DNA of 33,463 nt from Octopus bimaculoides (taxonomy: Eukaryota): NCBI RefSeq assembly GCF_001194135.2, contig NC_068985.1:20416368-20449830 (forward strand), given 5' to 3'. Shown here piece by piece: positions 11,973-22,862 of this stretch. The stretch's first letter is position 1; each line of letters begins with the position of its first letter. Under the pieces are notes generated by a model. It saw only the letters and a list, made by a program, of their open reading frames with translations, was not told the origin of the DNA and ran no database searches. The translations under genes were made by a program, and so were the position numbers.

Positions 11973-12343
11973 AAATTGATGTATCAATACCAGCAGATGA
12001 CAACGTTTCTCTAAAAGAAATGGAAAAACTTTCAAAATACAAAGACCTGGAAATAGAGATAACTCGAATGTGGAATCTAAAAACAGAAACAATTCCTATC
12101 ATAGTAGGTGCCTTAGGTATAATAAAAAAATATTCAGACAAATACATAACAAAAACACCAGGACTTACAAATATATATAACATACAGAAAATTGCACTAC
12201 TGGGTACTGCACACATTCTACGCAAAACACTTTCAATACAGTAAACATAAGAGCACCACAGCAAACCACAGCACATACCCAAGGCGCACAGAGCTGCGCT
12301 GGGTAGTGAAGTGAAAGCACGCTATAAAAATAAAACTACTGAA
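11973..12343 (+). mobile_element. 5'-truncated R4/Dong-like RLE retrotransposon (family 1)
   Basis: IDVSIPADDNVSLKEMEKLSKYKDLEIEITRMWNLKTETIPIIVGALG...RKTLSIQ* (stop 12242-12244), ~100-nt 3'UTR, (TAA)n on both sides. Confidence 0.9.
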
Positions 12344-13370
12344 TAATAATAATAATAATAATAATAAGGNNNNNNNNNNNNNNNNNNNNNNNNNNNNNNN
12401 NNNNNNNNNNNNNNNNNNNNNNNNNNNNNNNNNNNNNNNNNNNNNNNNNNNNNNNNNNNNNNNNNNNNNNNNNNNNNNNNNNNNNNNNNNNNNNNNNNNN
12501 NNNNNNNNNNNNNNNNNNNNNNNNNNNNNNNNNNNNNNNNNNNNNNNNNNNNNNNNNNNNNNNNNNNNNNNNNNNNNNNNNNNNNNNNNNNNNNNNNNNN
12601 NNNNNNNNNNNNNNNNNNNNNNNNNNNNNNNNNNNNNNNNNNNNNNNNNNNNNNNNNNNNNNNNNNNNNNNNNNNNNNNNNNNNNNNNNNNNNNNNNNNN
12701 NNNNNNNNNNNNNNNNNNNNNNNNNNNNNNNNNNNNNNNNNNNNNNNNNNNNNNNNNNNNNNNNNNNNNNNNNNNNNNNNNNNNNNNNNNNNNNNNNNNN
12801 NNNNNNNNNNNNNNNNNNNNNNNNNNNNNNNNNNNNNNNNNNNNNNNNNNNNNNNNNNNNNNNNNNNNNNNNNNNNNNNNNNNNNNNNNNNNNNNNNNNN
12901 NNNNNNNNNNNNNNNNNNNNNNNNNNNNNNNNNNNNNNNNNNNNNNNNNNNNNNNNNNNNNNNNNNNNNNNNNNNNNNNNNNNNNNNNNNNNNNNNNNNN
13001 NNNNNNNNNNNNNNNNNNNNNNNNNNNNNNNNNNNNNNNNNNNNNNNNNNNNNNNNNNNNNNNNNNNNNNNNNNNNNNNNNNNNNNNNNNNNNNNNNNNN
13101 NNNNNNNNNNNNNNNNNNNNNNNNNNNNNNNNNNNNNNNNNNNNNNNNNNNNNNNNNNNNNNNNNNNNNNNNNNNNNNNNNNNNNNNNNNNNNNNNNNNN
13201 NNNNNNNNNNNNNNNNNNNNNNNNNNNNNNNNNNNNNNNNNNNNNNNNNNNNNNNNNNNNNNNNNNNNNNNNNNNNNNNNNNNNNNNNNNNNNNNNNNNN
13301 NNNNNNNNNNNNNNNNNNNNNNNNNNNNNNNNNNNNNNNNNNNNNNNNNNNNNNNNNNNNNNNNNNNNNA

Positions 13371-13390
13371 CATTTATAATAATAATAATG

Positions 13391-13424
<34 letters not shown>

Positions 13425-13828
13425 TAATAATAAATTGATGTATCAATACCAGCAGATGACAACGTTTCTCTAAAAGAAATGGAAAAACTTTCAAAATACA
13501 AAGACCTGGAAATAGAGATAACTCGAATGTGGAATCTAAAAACAGAAACAATTCCTATCATAGTAGGTGCCTTAGGTATAATAAAAAAATATTCAGACAA
13601 ATACATAACAAAAACACCAGGACTTACAAATATATATAACATACAGAAAATTGCACTACTGGGTACTGCACACATTCTACGCAAAACACTTTCAATACAG
13701 TAAACATAAGAGCACCACAGCAAACCACAGCACATACCCAAGGCGCACAGAGCTGCGCTGGGTAGTGAAGTGAAAGCACGCTATAAAAATAAAACTACTG
13801 AATAATAATAATAATAATAATAATAAGG
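13371..13828 (+). other. Exact duplicate of 11912-12369 across N-gap 12370-13370 (probable assembly artefact); contains RLE copy 13432-13802
   Basis: Identical by eye, including microsatellite interruptions. The left contig ends AATAAGG, which the right copy continues as AATAAGGTAGCC. Confidence 0.85.
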
Positions 13829-14461
13829 TAGCCTAATCGGTATGTAAGTATATACATGCAAAATACTTATTTTTATAATAATCATATCTCCTTATGATAT
13901 ACCTTATATAGTTTGTCATCAATATATAAATGGGAATTTATATCTATGGACACTATTACTTTTGGTGTATGTATGCGTACATGCATGCATGTATAGATAT
14001 AGACATATACAGATGTATCTGTGTGCATACATGTGTATAAGTATATTTATGTGTGTGTGTGTGTGTTCAATTTTCTATCAAATATGTGAATCACACTAAG
14101 TATCAATATTTTGTTTCTGTTTTATCTGTTGATAGCAATATTTAGCAAGTGATTGCATTAGCTGGGAATTCCCAACTATCACTACACTTGTTGATGGACA
14201 ACCTTGATATTCTCTGATCAGCAAGTTATTAAAAAAACAACCTGTTCTATTATGCCATTTGTCAGTTGCTTATATACATACAAACATAGATTTTTTAACG
14301 ATTTCTTACCTCAGATATTTGGGTTTTGATGAGAAATTTATTGTGACTGCAGCTCAGATGGAATAAGAGTGAGAGGTATTTATATACCGTAAGATTTTGC
14401 TTGTGCTGATGCTTGTGTGCGTATATATATATGTAAGTGTGTTTTTGTACACTGCATACTC

Positions 14462-14484
14462 TCTCACACACACACACATCTATC

Positions 14485-14533
<49 letters not shown>

Positions 14534-14678
14534 NNNNNNNNNNNNNNNNNNNNNNNNNNNNNNNNNNNNNNNNNNNNNNNNNNNNNNNNNNNNNNNNNNN
14601 NNNNNNNNNNNNNNNNNNNNNNNNNNNNNNNNNNNNNNNNNNNNNNNNNNNNNNNNNNNNGATCTGAATTTTATATAT

Positions 14679-14717
<39 letters not shown>

Positions 14718-14730
14718 TTATCTATATATA
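14462..14730. repeat. (CA)n,(CT)n, N-gap 14534-14660, (GATA)n
   Basis: Seen directly. Confidence 0.95.
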
Positions 14731-15303
14731 TAAAATTCTTTGTCTCTCTGTTAGTCTTTCTGTCTGTTTGTCTGTATGTTCCCTATGCATTCTCAAATGG
14801 CTCCACCAAATCAAATCAAATTTTACAAGATAATAGTATCAGATCCCATGAGTGTTGACATGTAATATTTTTTTCATTTGGATTACAATAATATAACATT
14901 GGCACTGGTTTGGTATTGTGTGTCAAAAATAAAAGAATAACATCTATATAGCAACGTGATATAATATTGTTTCACTTTTATTCTTTCCCTTTTAATTCTA
15001 ATGTGATAACACTACGATCATATGAATAATCTATCTCCTAATGTGAACAATATTATGCATTGGGAACTTTCCAGCTTTATGGCCTTAACAGAAGAATGGT
15101 GTGTCAGTGTATGCCATCAAAGAAAAGACATACTCTCTCCAGAAACAAGTATAAAGCAAGGAGGATTGTAGAAAACCAAAGGCAAGAGTCTTAAGACAGA
15201 AGGGAGATGAAACTTTCTCCAGATCATCAAATGCATGCTGCAGGATGTCAAATGGAGTCTCAATAGAGAAGGGAGATGAGACTTTCTCAATGATCTTCTT
15301 TCA

Positions 15304-15451
15304 TTTTCCATCTACTAAATCCACTAACAAGGCTTTGATCTGCTTGAGGCTATAGTAGAAGATACTTGCTCAAGGTGCCATGCAGCAGGACTGAACCCCA
15401 AATCATGCAGTTGGGAACCCCAAAACAAGCTTCTTACCACACACCCATGCC
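15304..15451 (-). mobile_element. SINE family A, 5' half
   Basis: GAAGATACTTGCTCAAGGTGCCA, GGACTGAACCC and CTTCTTACCACACA are the reverse complement of the 20011 head. Confidence 0.78.
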
Positions 15452-15781
15452 ACAGCATTTGACTTTTCTATCAAAAGAACAAAAGATTAGTTTTTAAACT
15501 AATAATTACATTCTATTATTTATCACCTAATTTGTTTCAAGATTCACCATTCAAAAAAAGAATTATTTCATCTTGGAGTTTCTCAATTCCAGTGACATCA
15601 ACATCTAAAGTTTCCAAAATGGAGAGAAGGATTGCTTTGGTCATGTTTACAGGAGATGTGAGTTTGAGAGCCATGGGCAACTTTCAACATCTATTTAAGG
15701 GGTTTTTAACCTACTTTTTACACCCCATTATAACTTCATTTTGATCAAGATTCACCAGTCCTAAAAATAATTATGCATGCA

Positions 15782-15812
<31 letters not shown>

Positions 15813-15819
15813 CAGAAAT

Positions 15820-16358
15820 AAAGAATGAACAAGCAAAACATATGGTATTACTTTACAGCATGTAATTTATAATTCAAATATAATTACAGAATTGTTAGAG
15901 TAAATAAAGGATTAAGATGGTATGCATAAAGCCTTTTACAGTTGTCTGTAGAATAGCTGTACAACTGGTGCATATGATACATATCTCATTGAGCAACAAT
16001 TTCCATATAAAACCAATTATTTCATCTTCAGAGAGGAAGGATTAAAGAATATCCTTAATAAATGATATTAGTAGTTACCAGATTCATTGTCGAAGAATTA
16101 AAGAATATCATTACTAAAAGGTATTATTTCTAATATCATGTAAGGATATTCCTTAGTCCTTCATCTATGAAGATGGAATAGTTGGCTTTTATATAGAAAT
16201 CTTTGTACAATGAGATATGGACTGTATGCGCAGCTATTCTAGAAACAGTTGTAAGGCACTTTATGCATAACTTATTAATCCTTTATTTATTCTACAATTA
16301 TGTTTGAATTATAAATTGCATGCTGTAAAGTGATACATGTTTTGCTCGTTCATTCTTT
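15820..16358. repeat. Long foldback palindrome (arms ~15820-16072 and ~16128-16358); probable foldback/MITE-type element
   Basis: GCATGTAATTTATAATTCAAATATAATT vs the reverse complement of AATTATGTTTGAATTATAAATTGCATGC. Segment 15980-16057 vs 16141-16219 is about 85% identical by hand alignment. Confidence 0.9.
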
Positions 16359-16368
16359 CTCTTTAATA

Positions 16369-16461
16369 TCTGGAGTCTGGTGCAGCTCCCAAGCTTGCCA
16401 GCTCTGATCAAACCATCTAACTCATGCCAGCATGGACAACGGACGTTAAATGATGATGATG
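16369..16461 (+). mobile_element. Short RTE 3' tail with (GAT)n
   Basis: GCCAGCATGGACAACGGACGTTAAATGATGATGATG. Confidence 0.8.
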
Positions 16462-16965
16462 TAATGTCTATATATATATGACTAAAACAAAATAAGCCTG
16501 ATATACTGAATGGGTAGTTGTATTTTTTCTTGTAAAAGGAAGCGAATAAGCAAGTGTAAAAGAAGAAGGAGGCAAGTTAAGAAGGAAAATGAGCAAAGAA
16601 AGAGAAGAAAAATGAAACCCAAATCAACATGTATGTCACTTGTATGAGATAGTAAAAAATGAGTAAAAGTCAATGAGGGCAATTCAAATGCATGACAACA
16701 TTCACTGGATGTTGAATGAAATGACAAATTTGAGTCGTAAATCTACAATTATAATTCAACATAAATGTGCATCTAGCTTACCAGTAGAATGCACAAACAT
16801 TAAAAATAATGGCTGATACCAGGAAAAACGGCTAAAAATGGCCTAATTTCCATTCCATTGAAAATAATATGGTATGAATATTTGGATTATGTTCCTGAGC
16901 TTGGAAAACTCTTTGATCTGCCAAAAAGTGGTGAATCTACCTAAAGTGGCATATTGATGTTGAAA

Positions 16966-17195
16966 TAGTGAGTTGACAGAGTTGTTAGAGTGTTGAAAAA
17001 AAGCATAAAAAATGTATTGTTTTGTATATCTGGGCTCTGAGTTCAAATCCAGCTGGAGTCATTTTTCTCTTTTATTCTTTCAAAGTTGATGTAGGCTATA
17101 AGAACTGTAAGAAAGTTGGACCAGATGCCTTGTGACATGTTCTAGCTCTTTGTACTCTAAGTTCAAATCCTGTCATGGCTTACTTGGGTGGTAAA
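16966..17195 (+). mobile_element. Two tandem degenerate SINE family B heads
   Basis: GTGAGTTGACAGAGTTGTTAG plus two B-box-like motifs, CTCTGAGTTCAAATCC and CTCTAAGTTCAAATCC. Confidence 0.5.
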
Positions 17196-17812
17196 CTTAA
17201 TCTATCTCTTAGCTTAACACCCCTACCTGTTCATTGGGTGCCTTCAGCTGAGTCCACTCTGTCATCCCCTAGTTTACCACCATCATGTGTCACCATGGGT
17301 NNNNNNNNNNNNNNNNNNNNNNNNNNNNNNNNNNNNNNNNNNNNNNNNNNNNNNNNNNNNNNNNNNNNNNNNNNNNNNNNNNNNNNNNNNNNNNNNNNNN
17401 NNNNNNNNNNNNNNNNNNNNNNNNNNNNNNNNNNNNNNNNNNNNNNNNNCAGATTCTAATTTGCTGCAAACTTCTGGGCCAGATTTCTCATCTCAAGATT
17501 CCTTTCTCCCTCCTATGTCCTCACTAGTCTCAAAGACCCTGTAACAGATTAGTCACTGCCTTTCCACCAAATTCTTTTCTTTGAGCCTTAGGACTCATGC
17601 CAGTTACCTCATTTCCATGGTGTATAATTGACCAAGAATTACGACAATCCCCCTGAATGGCGTTCAGGCCAACAATTTTGACAGGAGGGGACAAATTAAT
17701 AACATCAACTGCACTACTTGACTGATAGTTTAAATATAAATATATAAATATATACACACATATATATATATATTGTTGTCTGATTTTCTGTGAAGTTATA
17801 TATGAAAACAAT

Positions 17813-18035
17813 TTAACTCTTCAGCATTCAGGTTAGTTTGCCAAATTTTGTGCTTATTTATTCACATCATTTTGAATTAATGATGCATTATCTCACAGCT
17901 TGAAATTTTGACGATGTGATTGTCTATTTTTAGAATAACATTGTATAGCAGGTGTGAGAGGCTGGATCTCACCAGTTTCGCCATAGAACAGAATATTTGG
18001 GTTGGAGATGGATGGTTTAAATGCCAAAGGGTTAA
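17813..18035 (+). mobile_element. piggyBac-like MITE with TTAA target duplication
   Basis: TTAA|CTCTTCAGCATT ... AATGCCAAAGGG|TTAA; TIRs match 9/12. Confidence 0.7.
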
Positions 18036-18158
18036 CATTAAGCTGAAAGATTAGTCAATGCTATTGGTAGAATACATTTTTATCAATCTGAAGACAGTTG
18101 ATAAGCAAAACCTTAGTAGTTACTGTCAGCTTTATTCTTGTAACCATTATTATGCCTG

Positions 18159-18281
18159 AGAGAGAGTGGGGGGAGAGCGATGGAGAGGGAGAGAGAGAGA
18201 GAGAGAAAGAGGGAGAGAGAGAGAGAGAAAGAGGGAGAGAGAGAGAGAGAGAGAAAGAGGGAGAGACAGGCAGACAGACAG
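18159..18281. repeat. (GA)n-rich array
   Basis: Seen directly. Confidence 0.93.
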
Positions 18282-18524
18282 TATGTAGTATTCCCAAAAT
18301 AGACCATTATAGCAATTTTGCTGCTTAATCTGCATTCATGCCACCATTCATGTATACATCTCAAGACAGTTTTCTTGAAGAAACATTTTAATGACTATTT
18401 TAGAAAGTAAAATTCATTACATAAACATTAACACTCTGAAGTAAGATTACTTCTTTTGAGATGTAAACATTCATGAGTTTTAAAAGTCCCCTCTACAACT
18501 GCTTGACAACCGATGCTTTGCTAT

Positions 18525-18635
18525 AGGTGCAGTCATGGCTGTGGGGTTCAGAAACTCATTTTGCAGCCATGTGGTTTCAGGGTCAGTCCTTCTGCATGGC
18601 ATCTTGGGCAAGTTACTGCTACTATAGCCCTGGGA
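18525..18635 (+). mobile_element. Degenerate SINE family A head
   Basis: GGTGCAGTCATGGCTGTGGGG...GGTCAGTCC...CTTGGGCAAG...CTATAGCC. Confidence 0.65.
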
Positions 18636-18715
18636 ATTAATGTATGATTAACTCAAAACATTGTGAATAAATAAGCATTACATTTGGAAGAATAATCTGA
18701 ACACTAAAGAGTTAA
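18636..18715 (-). mobile_element. Inverted partial copy of the piggyBac-like MITE
   Basis: Reverse complement TTAACTCTTTAGTGTTCAG...GCTTATTTATTCACA aligns to 17813-17895. Confidence 0.7.
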
Positions 18716-18748
18716 ATTGTTTTCATTTATAACTTCAAAGAAAATCAG

Positions 18749-19031
18749 ACCAGTGCCACTGGACTGGCTCCTGTGCAGGTGGCATGTAAAATACACCATT
18801 TTGAGTGTAGCTGTTGCCAGTTCCGTCTGACTGGCCTTTGTGTCAGTGGCACATAAAAGCACCCTCTACACTCTCAGAGTGGTTGGCATTAGGAAGGGCA
18901 TCCAGCTGTAGAAACTCTGCCAAATCAGATTGGAGCCTGGTGCAGCCATCTAGTTCACCAGTCCTCAGTCAAATCGTCCAATCCATGCTAGCATGGAAAG
19001 CGGACGTTAAACAATGATGATGATGATGATG
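18749..19031 (+). mobile_element. RTE 3' end (young subfamily) with (GAT)n tail
   Basis: Closely similar to 22383-22681 and 31285-31530. Ends CATGGAAAGCGGACGTTAAAC(GAT)n. Confidence 0.9.
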
Positions 19032-19049
19032 ATATATATATTTATAAAA

Positions 19050-19430
19050 TGCTGAGTCTCACAGAGGTGACGACAAAAAGTGAAAGTGTAGTTGTGGCCT
19101 GTGTCAGTGACATGTAAAAGCTCCCAGGCCATTGACATGTAAAAGGCACCCACTACACTCTCTTCTGAGTAGATTTGGTAAATGAAAATTGTGTGGAATC
19201 CCGTCATGTGTGTGTGTGTTTGTGTTTGTCCTTTCCACATCGCTTGACAACCAGTGTTGATTTGTTTAGCTGTTCCTCAAAAGCGCCCAATACAATAAAC
19301 ATCAGACTTTAAAAGAATAAACACTGGGGTTCACATTAAAAAAAATTGAGAGGGGTTCTACTAAACCCTTCTAGGTTATGGTCCAGCATAGCTGCAGTCT
19401 AATGACCGAAACAAGTAAAAGGTAAAGATA
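19050..19430 (+). mobile_element. RTE 3'UTR fragment (19050-19162) fused to the 3' half of SINE family A (19163-19430)
   Basis: GCACCCACTACACTCTC runs directly into GAGTAGATTTGGTAAATG. CATCGCTTGACAACC and GACCGAAACAAGTAAAAG follow. Confidence 0.6.
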
Positions 19431-20010
19431 AAACAAACCATAATGATTTTTGTCATTTGACCTGTATGTCTCAACCGTTTTCTTATTAATCCCATGTGTA
19501 AATTAAGCAACTGTTTTAACGAATAGCTTAAAGAATTATGTAACTATTAACCCTCTTAAGTGACTACTAAGTAAATATATGTATTTACAAATTATCTTGA
19601 AGAACATAATTAATTACGAGAACATTGACTCTCTGAAGTGACAATTTTAAACTAATAATAATCACATGTTGTAGCTACTTCACAACCTTCATTTGTGTTC
19701 TACTCATTTGATTGTTATAAATGTGTTAACTAAGTATTTAATCCATCCATTTGTTATTTTAATTGACTGTCCTGTCCTCTACATTATTTATTGTGTTAAA
19801 CTTCTCACCTGAACCACTATCTTATACTTCAGCAATATTTCCTCTCAATTTCTTCCTTTTTCATTAACTTCACACCTTATCTTGATCCAGATTATTTGCT
19901 GTGTGCTAGTATCAGCCAATGGATAACAAATAGTTATGTGAACAGTGAGCTGTGAGAATCACAATAATAGCTTACATATTTATTTTTAATATATTTATTT
20001 TTAATATATA

Positions 20011-20310
20011 GGCGCAGGAGTGGCTGTGTGGTAAGTAGCTTGCTTACCAACCACATGGTTCCGGGTTCAGTCCCACTGTGTGGCACCTTGGGCAAGTGTC
20101 TTCTAGTATGGCCTAGGGCTGACCAAAGCCTGTGAGTGGATTTGGTAGATGGAAACTGAAAGAAGCCCATTGTATATATGTATATATATATATATATATA
20201 TATGTATGCGTGCATATATGTTTTGTGTGTCTGTGTTTGTCCCCCGAACATCGCTTGACAACTGATGCTGGTGTGTTTGCATCCCTGTAACTTAGCGGTT
20301 CAGCATAAGA
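20011..20310 (+). mobile_element. tRNA-derived SINE family A (best copy; resembles octopus OR/OK-type SINEs)
   Basis: A box TGGCTGTGTGG, B-box-like GGTTCAGTCCC, CCTTGGGCAAGT motif (also found in CORE-type SINEs), internal (TA)n/(TG)n. Confidence 0.88.
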
Positions 20311-20321
20311 TTAGTTATTAT

Positions 20322-20597
20322 ATTTTTTAAATTTTTCACTTTGTTTCATGATTGGCAAATTTATTTTGATGATGTTAAAAATGTTTTGGTGATGCAGATT
20401 GTGTGTTACTAGAAATGGTATTATGTTCCATTGATGGGTTTGTCTTTCTCGTGTTGCCCTAAGTTGTTCTATAGGTATCTCTTTTGCTCATTGTATGCTA
20501 TTTTCTATAAGTAGGAGAAGGTATTTTTGCTTGAGCAGAAATCCTTTGAGTTCTGTCAGTCGTATATTCCTGGTATTTGGATCATCTACTATAGTAT
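20322..20597 (-). mobile_element. Penelope-like element fragment (RT thumb/linker region)
   Basis: Minus-strand translation TIVDDPNTRNIRLTELKGFLLKQKYLLLLIENSIQ*AKEIPIEQLRATRERQTHQWNIIPFLVTHNLHHQNIFNIIKINLPIMK fits the Penelope pattern (RL.EL...L....YP..LI...I.KA..IP ... IPFV.TYNP). Confidence 0.75.
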
Positions 20598-20611
20598 AAA
20601 TATAATAATAA

Positions 20612-20822
20612 TGATTTCAAATTTTGGCACAAGGCCAGTAATTCTGGGGAGGGGATAAGTCGATTACATTGACCCCAGTGTTCAACAGGTAGTTAGTTTA
20701 TTGACCCCAAAAGGATGGAAGGCAAAGTCACCCTCAGCAGCATTTGAACACAGAACATAAAGATAGCCAAAATGTTGCTAAGCATTTCGTCCAGCATGCT
20801 AACAACTCTGTCACCTCACCAC
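20612..20822 (-). mobile_element. tRNA-derived SINE family B within TAA repeats
   Basis: Homologous to 11703-11911. ATAATAATAATG on the left, (TAA)n on the right. Confidence 0.82.
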
Positions 20823-20823
20823 T

Positions 20824-20878
<55 letters not shown>

Positions 20879-20889
20879 TAACAATAATA

Positions 20890-20951
<62 letters not shown>

Positions 20952-20952
20952 A
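20824..20952. repeat. (TAA)n(GAT)n array
   Basis: Seen directly. Source of the poly-N/D ORF. Confidence 0.97.
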
Positions 20953-21894
20953 ATTTATTCTTGTAGAAGATTTTAAAAAAATATTTCACTCTTAATTCAA
21001 ATGCTTCCATTATACAACTCACTTTCTCTTTGCCCCTTTCTCTTTCTCTCTCTCTCTCTCTCTCTCAATGAAATTTAACTGTTCAGCATACATATGTCTA
21101 GAACACTTTTATGTAACGTTTACTTTTCTGTCTTTCACTCTTGAGTAGATTTGTTTCTTGAAATGTTGTTTATATGTGAGAATCTAATAGAATATACTAT
21201 TTCCTTCCACTTGATTTATATGTAAATGTATGCATACATGTATAAATATAAAAGTATTTATGTATGTAGTATGTATGTATGTATGTGTGCGGGGGGTGGG
21301 GGACAAATAAAAAGTAATTCCATAAATTAGATCTACATTAGACTTGAATGAATGCCCTGCATTATCTAACATATTCCTTGAAATGTGAAATATAGTTAGA
21401 TACTGAGAAACTGTCTTGTGTAAACACTACTTATCACCATTGCCAGCACTGTGGCTCTCATTATCCTCATCATTCTTAAATTCACCGAGATTAAACCATC
21501 CTCATCACCAAATTTTGTTGATGAGTTTTATACTATATTTCTTGAACTTCTTTGTAGTGATTCTCAGTTACAAGATCTGGCAAACACTGGAAAGGCTGTA
21601 CTTTGCTGAAGAGATCTCATAAGGTTAAAACTTGTCAGAAATTCCTGTTGTACTTACCAAAGATTATATCAAATTAACATTAGTCCCGAAGCTAATGTTT
21701 TCATTTCCTTGTAGCATGAGTAATTCTAATGATTCTTAATTGTAATTTCAATGTTATAAGCCCTTTATCTTGACCAGATTTAATTAATGTGAGAAACCTA
21801 TGTTGTCTTCCTATCATTTAGCATTCTCATCATCAATCTCTGGGCATTACTGCTTTGACTCCTTGGACTCAAGGGGGACAATTACTCTGTTTCC

Positions 21895-22045
21895 ATAGTG
21901 TACTCAAGGAGCCAAGTGCACCTTGATAAATGCTTTCTATTATAGCCGATCGATGCCTTGCAAGGGAAACATTTGGTAGACAGAAACTGAGGAGCTTGTT
22001 GAATATACATACATACATACATACATACATACATACATACATACA
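21895..22045 (+). mobile_element. Degenerate SINE family A central part ending in (TACA)n
   Basis: CACCTTG...TTCTATTATAGCC...GCCTTG...TTTGGTAGACAGAAACTGA aligns to about 20083-20165. Confidence 0.6.
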
Positions 22046-22046
22046 T

Positions 22047-22862
22047 TATAATGAAATCCGTCGGGAGGATAATCCTGAGGACAAAACAATAAGAACCCAC
22101 AATATGATACAAGCCACTACCACTAATAATAAAAAGGAATACTGGTGGAATGTACCAGTGAAGACCCCAATAAGATCTAAGCACAACAGACCTGATATGA
22201 TGATTTGGGATAGAGGAGAAAAACTGTGCACAGTTGTGTAAATTAGCTGCCCAGCGGATGTTAACATAAAGCTGAAGATCAGTGAAAAAGAGAATATCTA
22301 CCCTGAACTATTGAGAAATCTGCAGTTACTCTATCCAGATTGCAAGTTCAGGTTTATACCTGTAATTACTGTGGCCCTGGGATTCAATATTTGAGCGAGG
22401 TCGTTGCCAGTGCCACTGGACTGGCTCCTGTGCAGGTGGCACATAAAATACACCATTTTGAGCGTGGCCGTTGCCAGTACCGCCTGACTGGCTCTCATGC
22501 CGGTGGCACGTAAAAGTACCTACTACACTCTCAGAGTGGTTGGCGTTAGGAAAGGCATCCAGCTGTAGGAACTCTGCCAAATCAGATTGGAGCCTGGTGT
22601 AGCCTTCTGGTTCACCAGTCCTCAGTCAAATCGTCCAACCCATGCTAGCATGGAAAGCGGATGTTAAACGAAGATGATGATCATAATGACATACTTACGT
22701 TCATACATATGTACAAGCATACATACATACATGCATACATACAAACAAACAAAAATACCCTATTGTTGATGTTGAAATTTCAATCAAGGAGCCTTGGATC
22801 TAGGTTAGAAACTGGCTCTTTCTCTGTTAGCAAGATATATTGAAAGAAAACTGAACAATGAC
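22047..22862 (+). mobile_element. 5'-truncated RLE non-LTR retrotransposon (family 2), interrupted by an RTE tail
   Basis: 22047-22382 reads YWWNVPVKTPIRSKHNRPDMMIWDRGEKLCTVV*ISCPADVNIKLKISEKENIYPELLRNL...FIPVITVALG (RPD...E..K RLE motif with one in-frame stop). 3'UTR 22688-22862 matches 29715-29812. (TACA)n/(CATA)n flanks. Confidence 0.85.
22383..22681 (+). mobile_element. RTE 3' end (young subfamily) nested in RLE family 2
   Basis: Matches 18749-19031. Ends in a short (GAT)n. Confidence 0.9.

Noticed and set aside
11869-12282. Repeated ORF MGMCCGLLWCS... (also at 5224 and 12233)
   Set aside because: Antisense frame of the RLE family-1 3' end.
16539-16630. Possible exon KRISKCKRRRRQVKKENEQ...
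   Set aside because: Purine-rich low complexity explains the open frame; there is no independent support.
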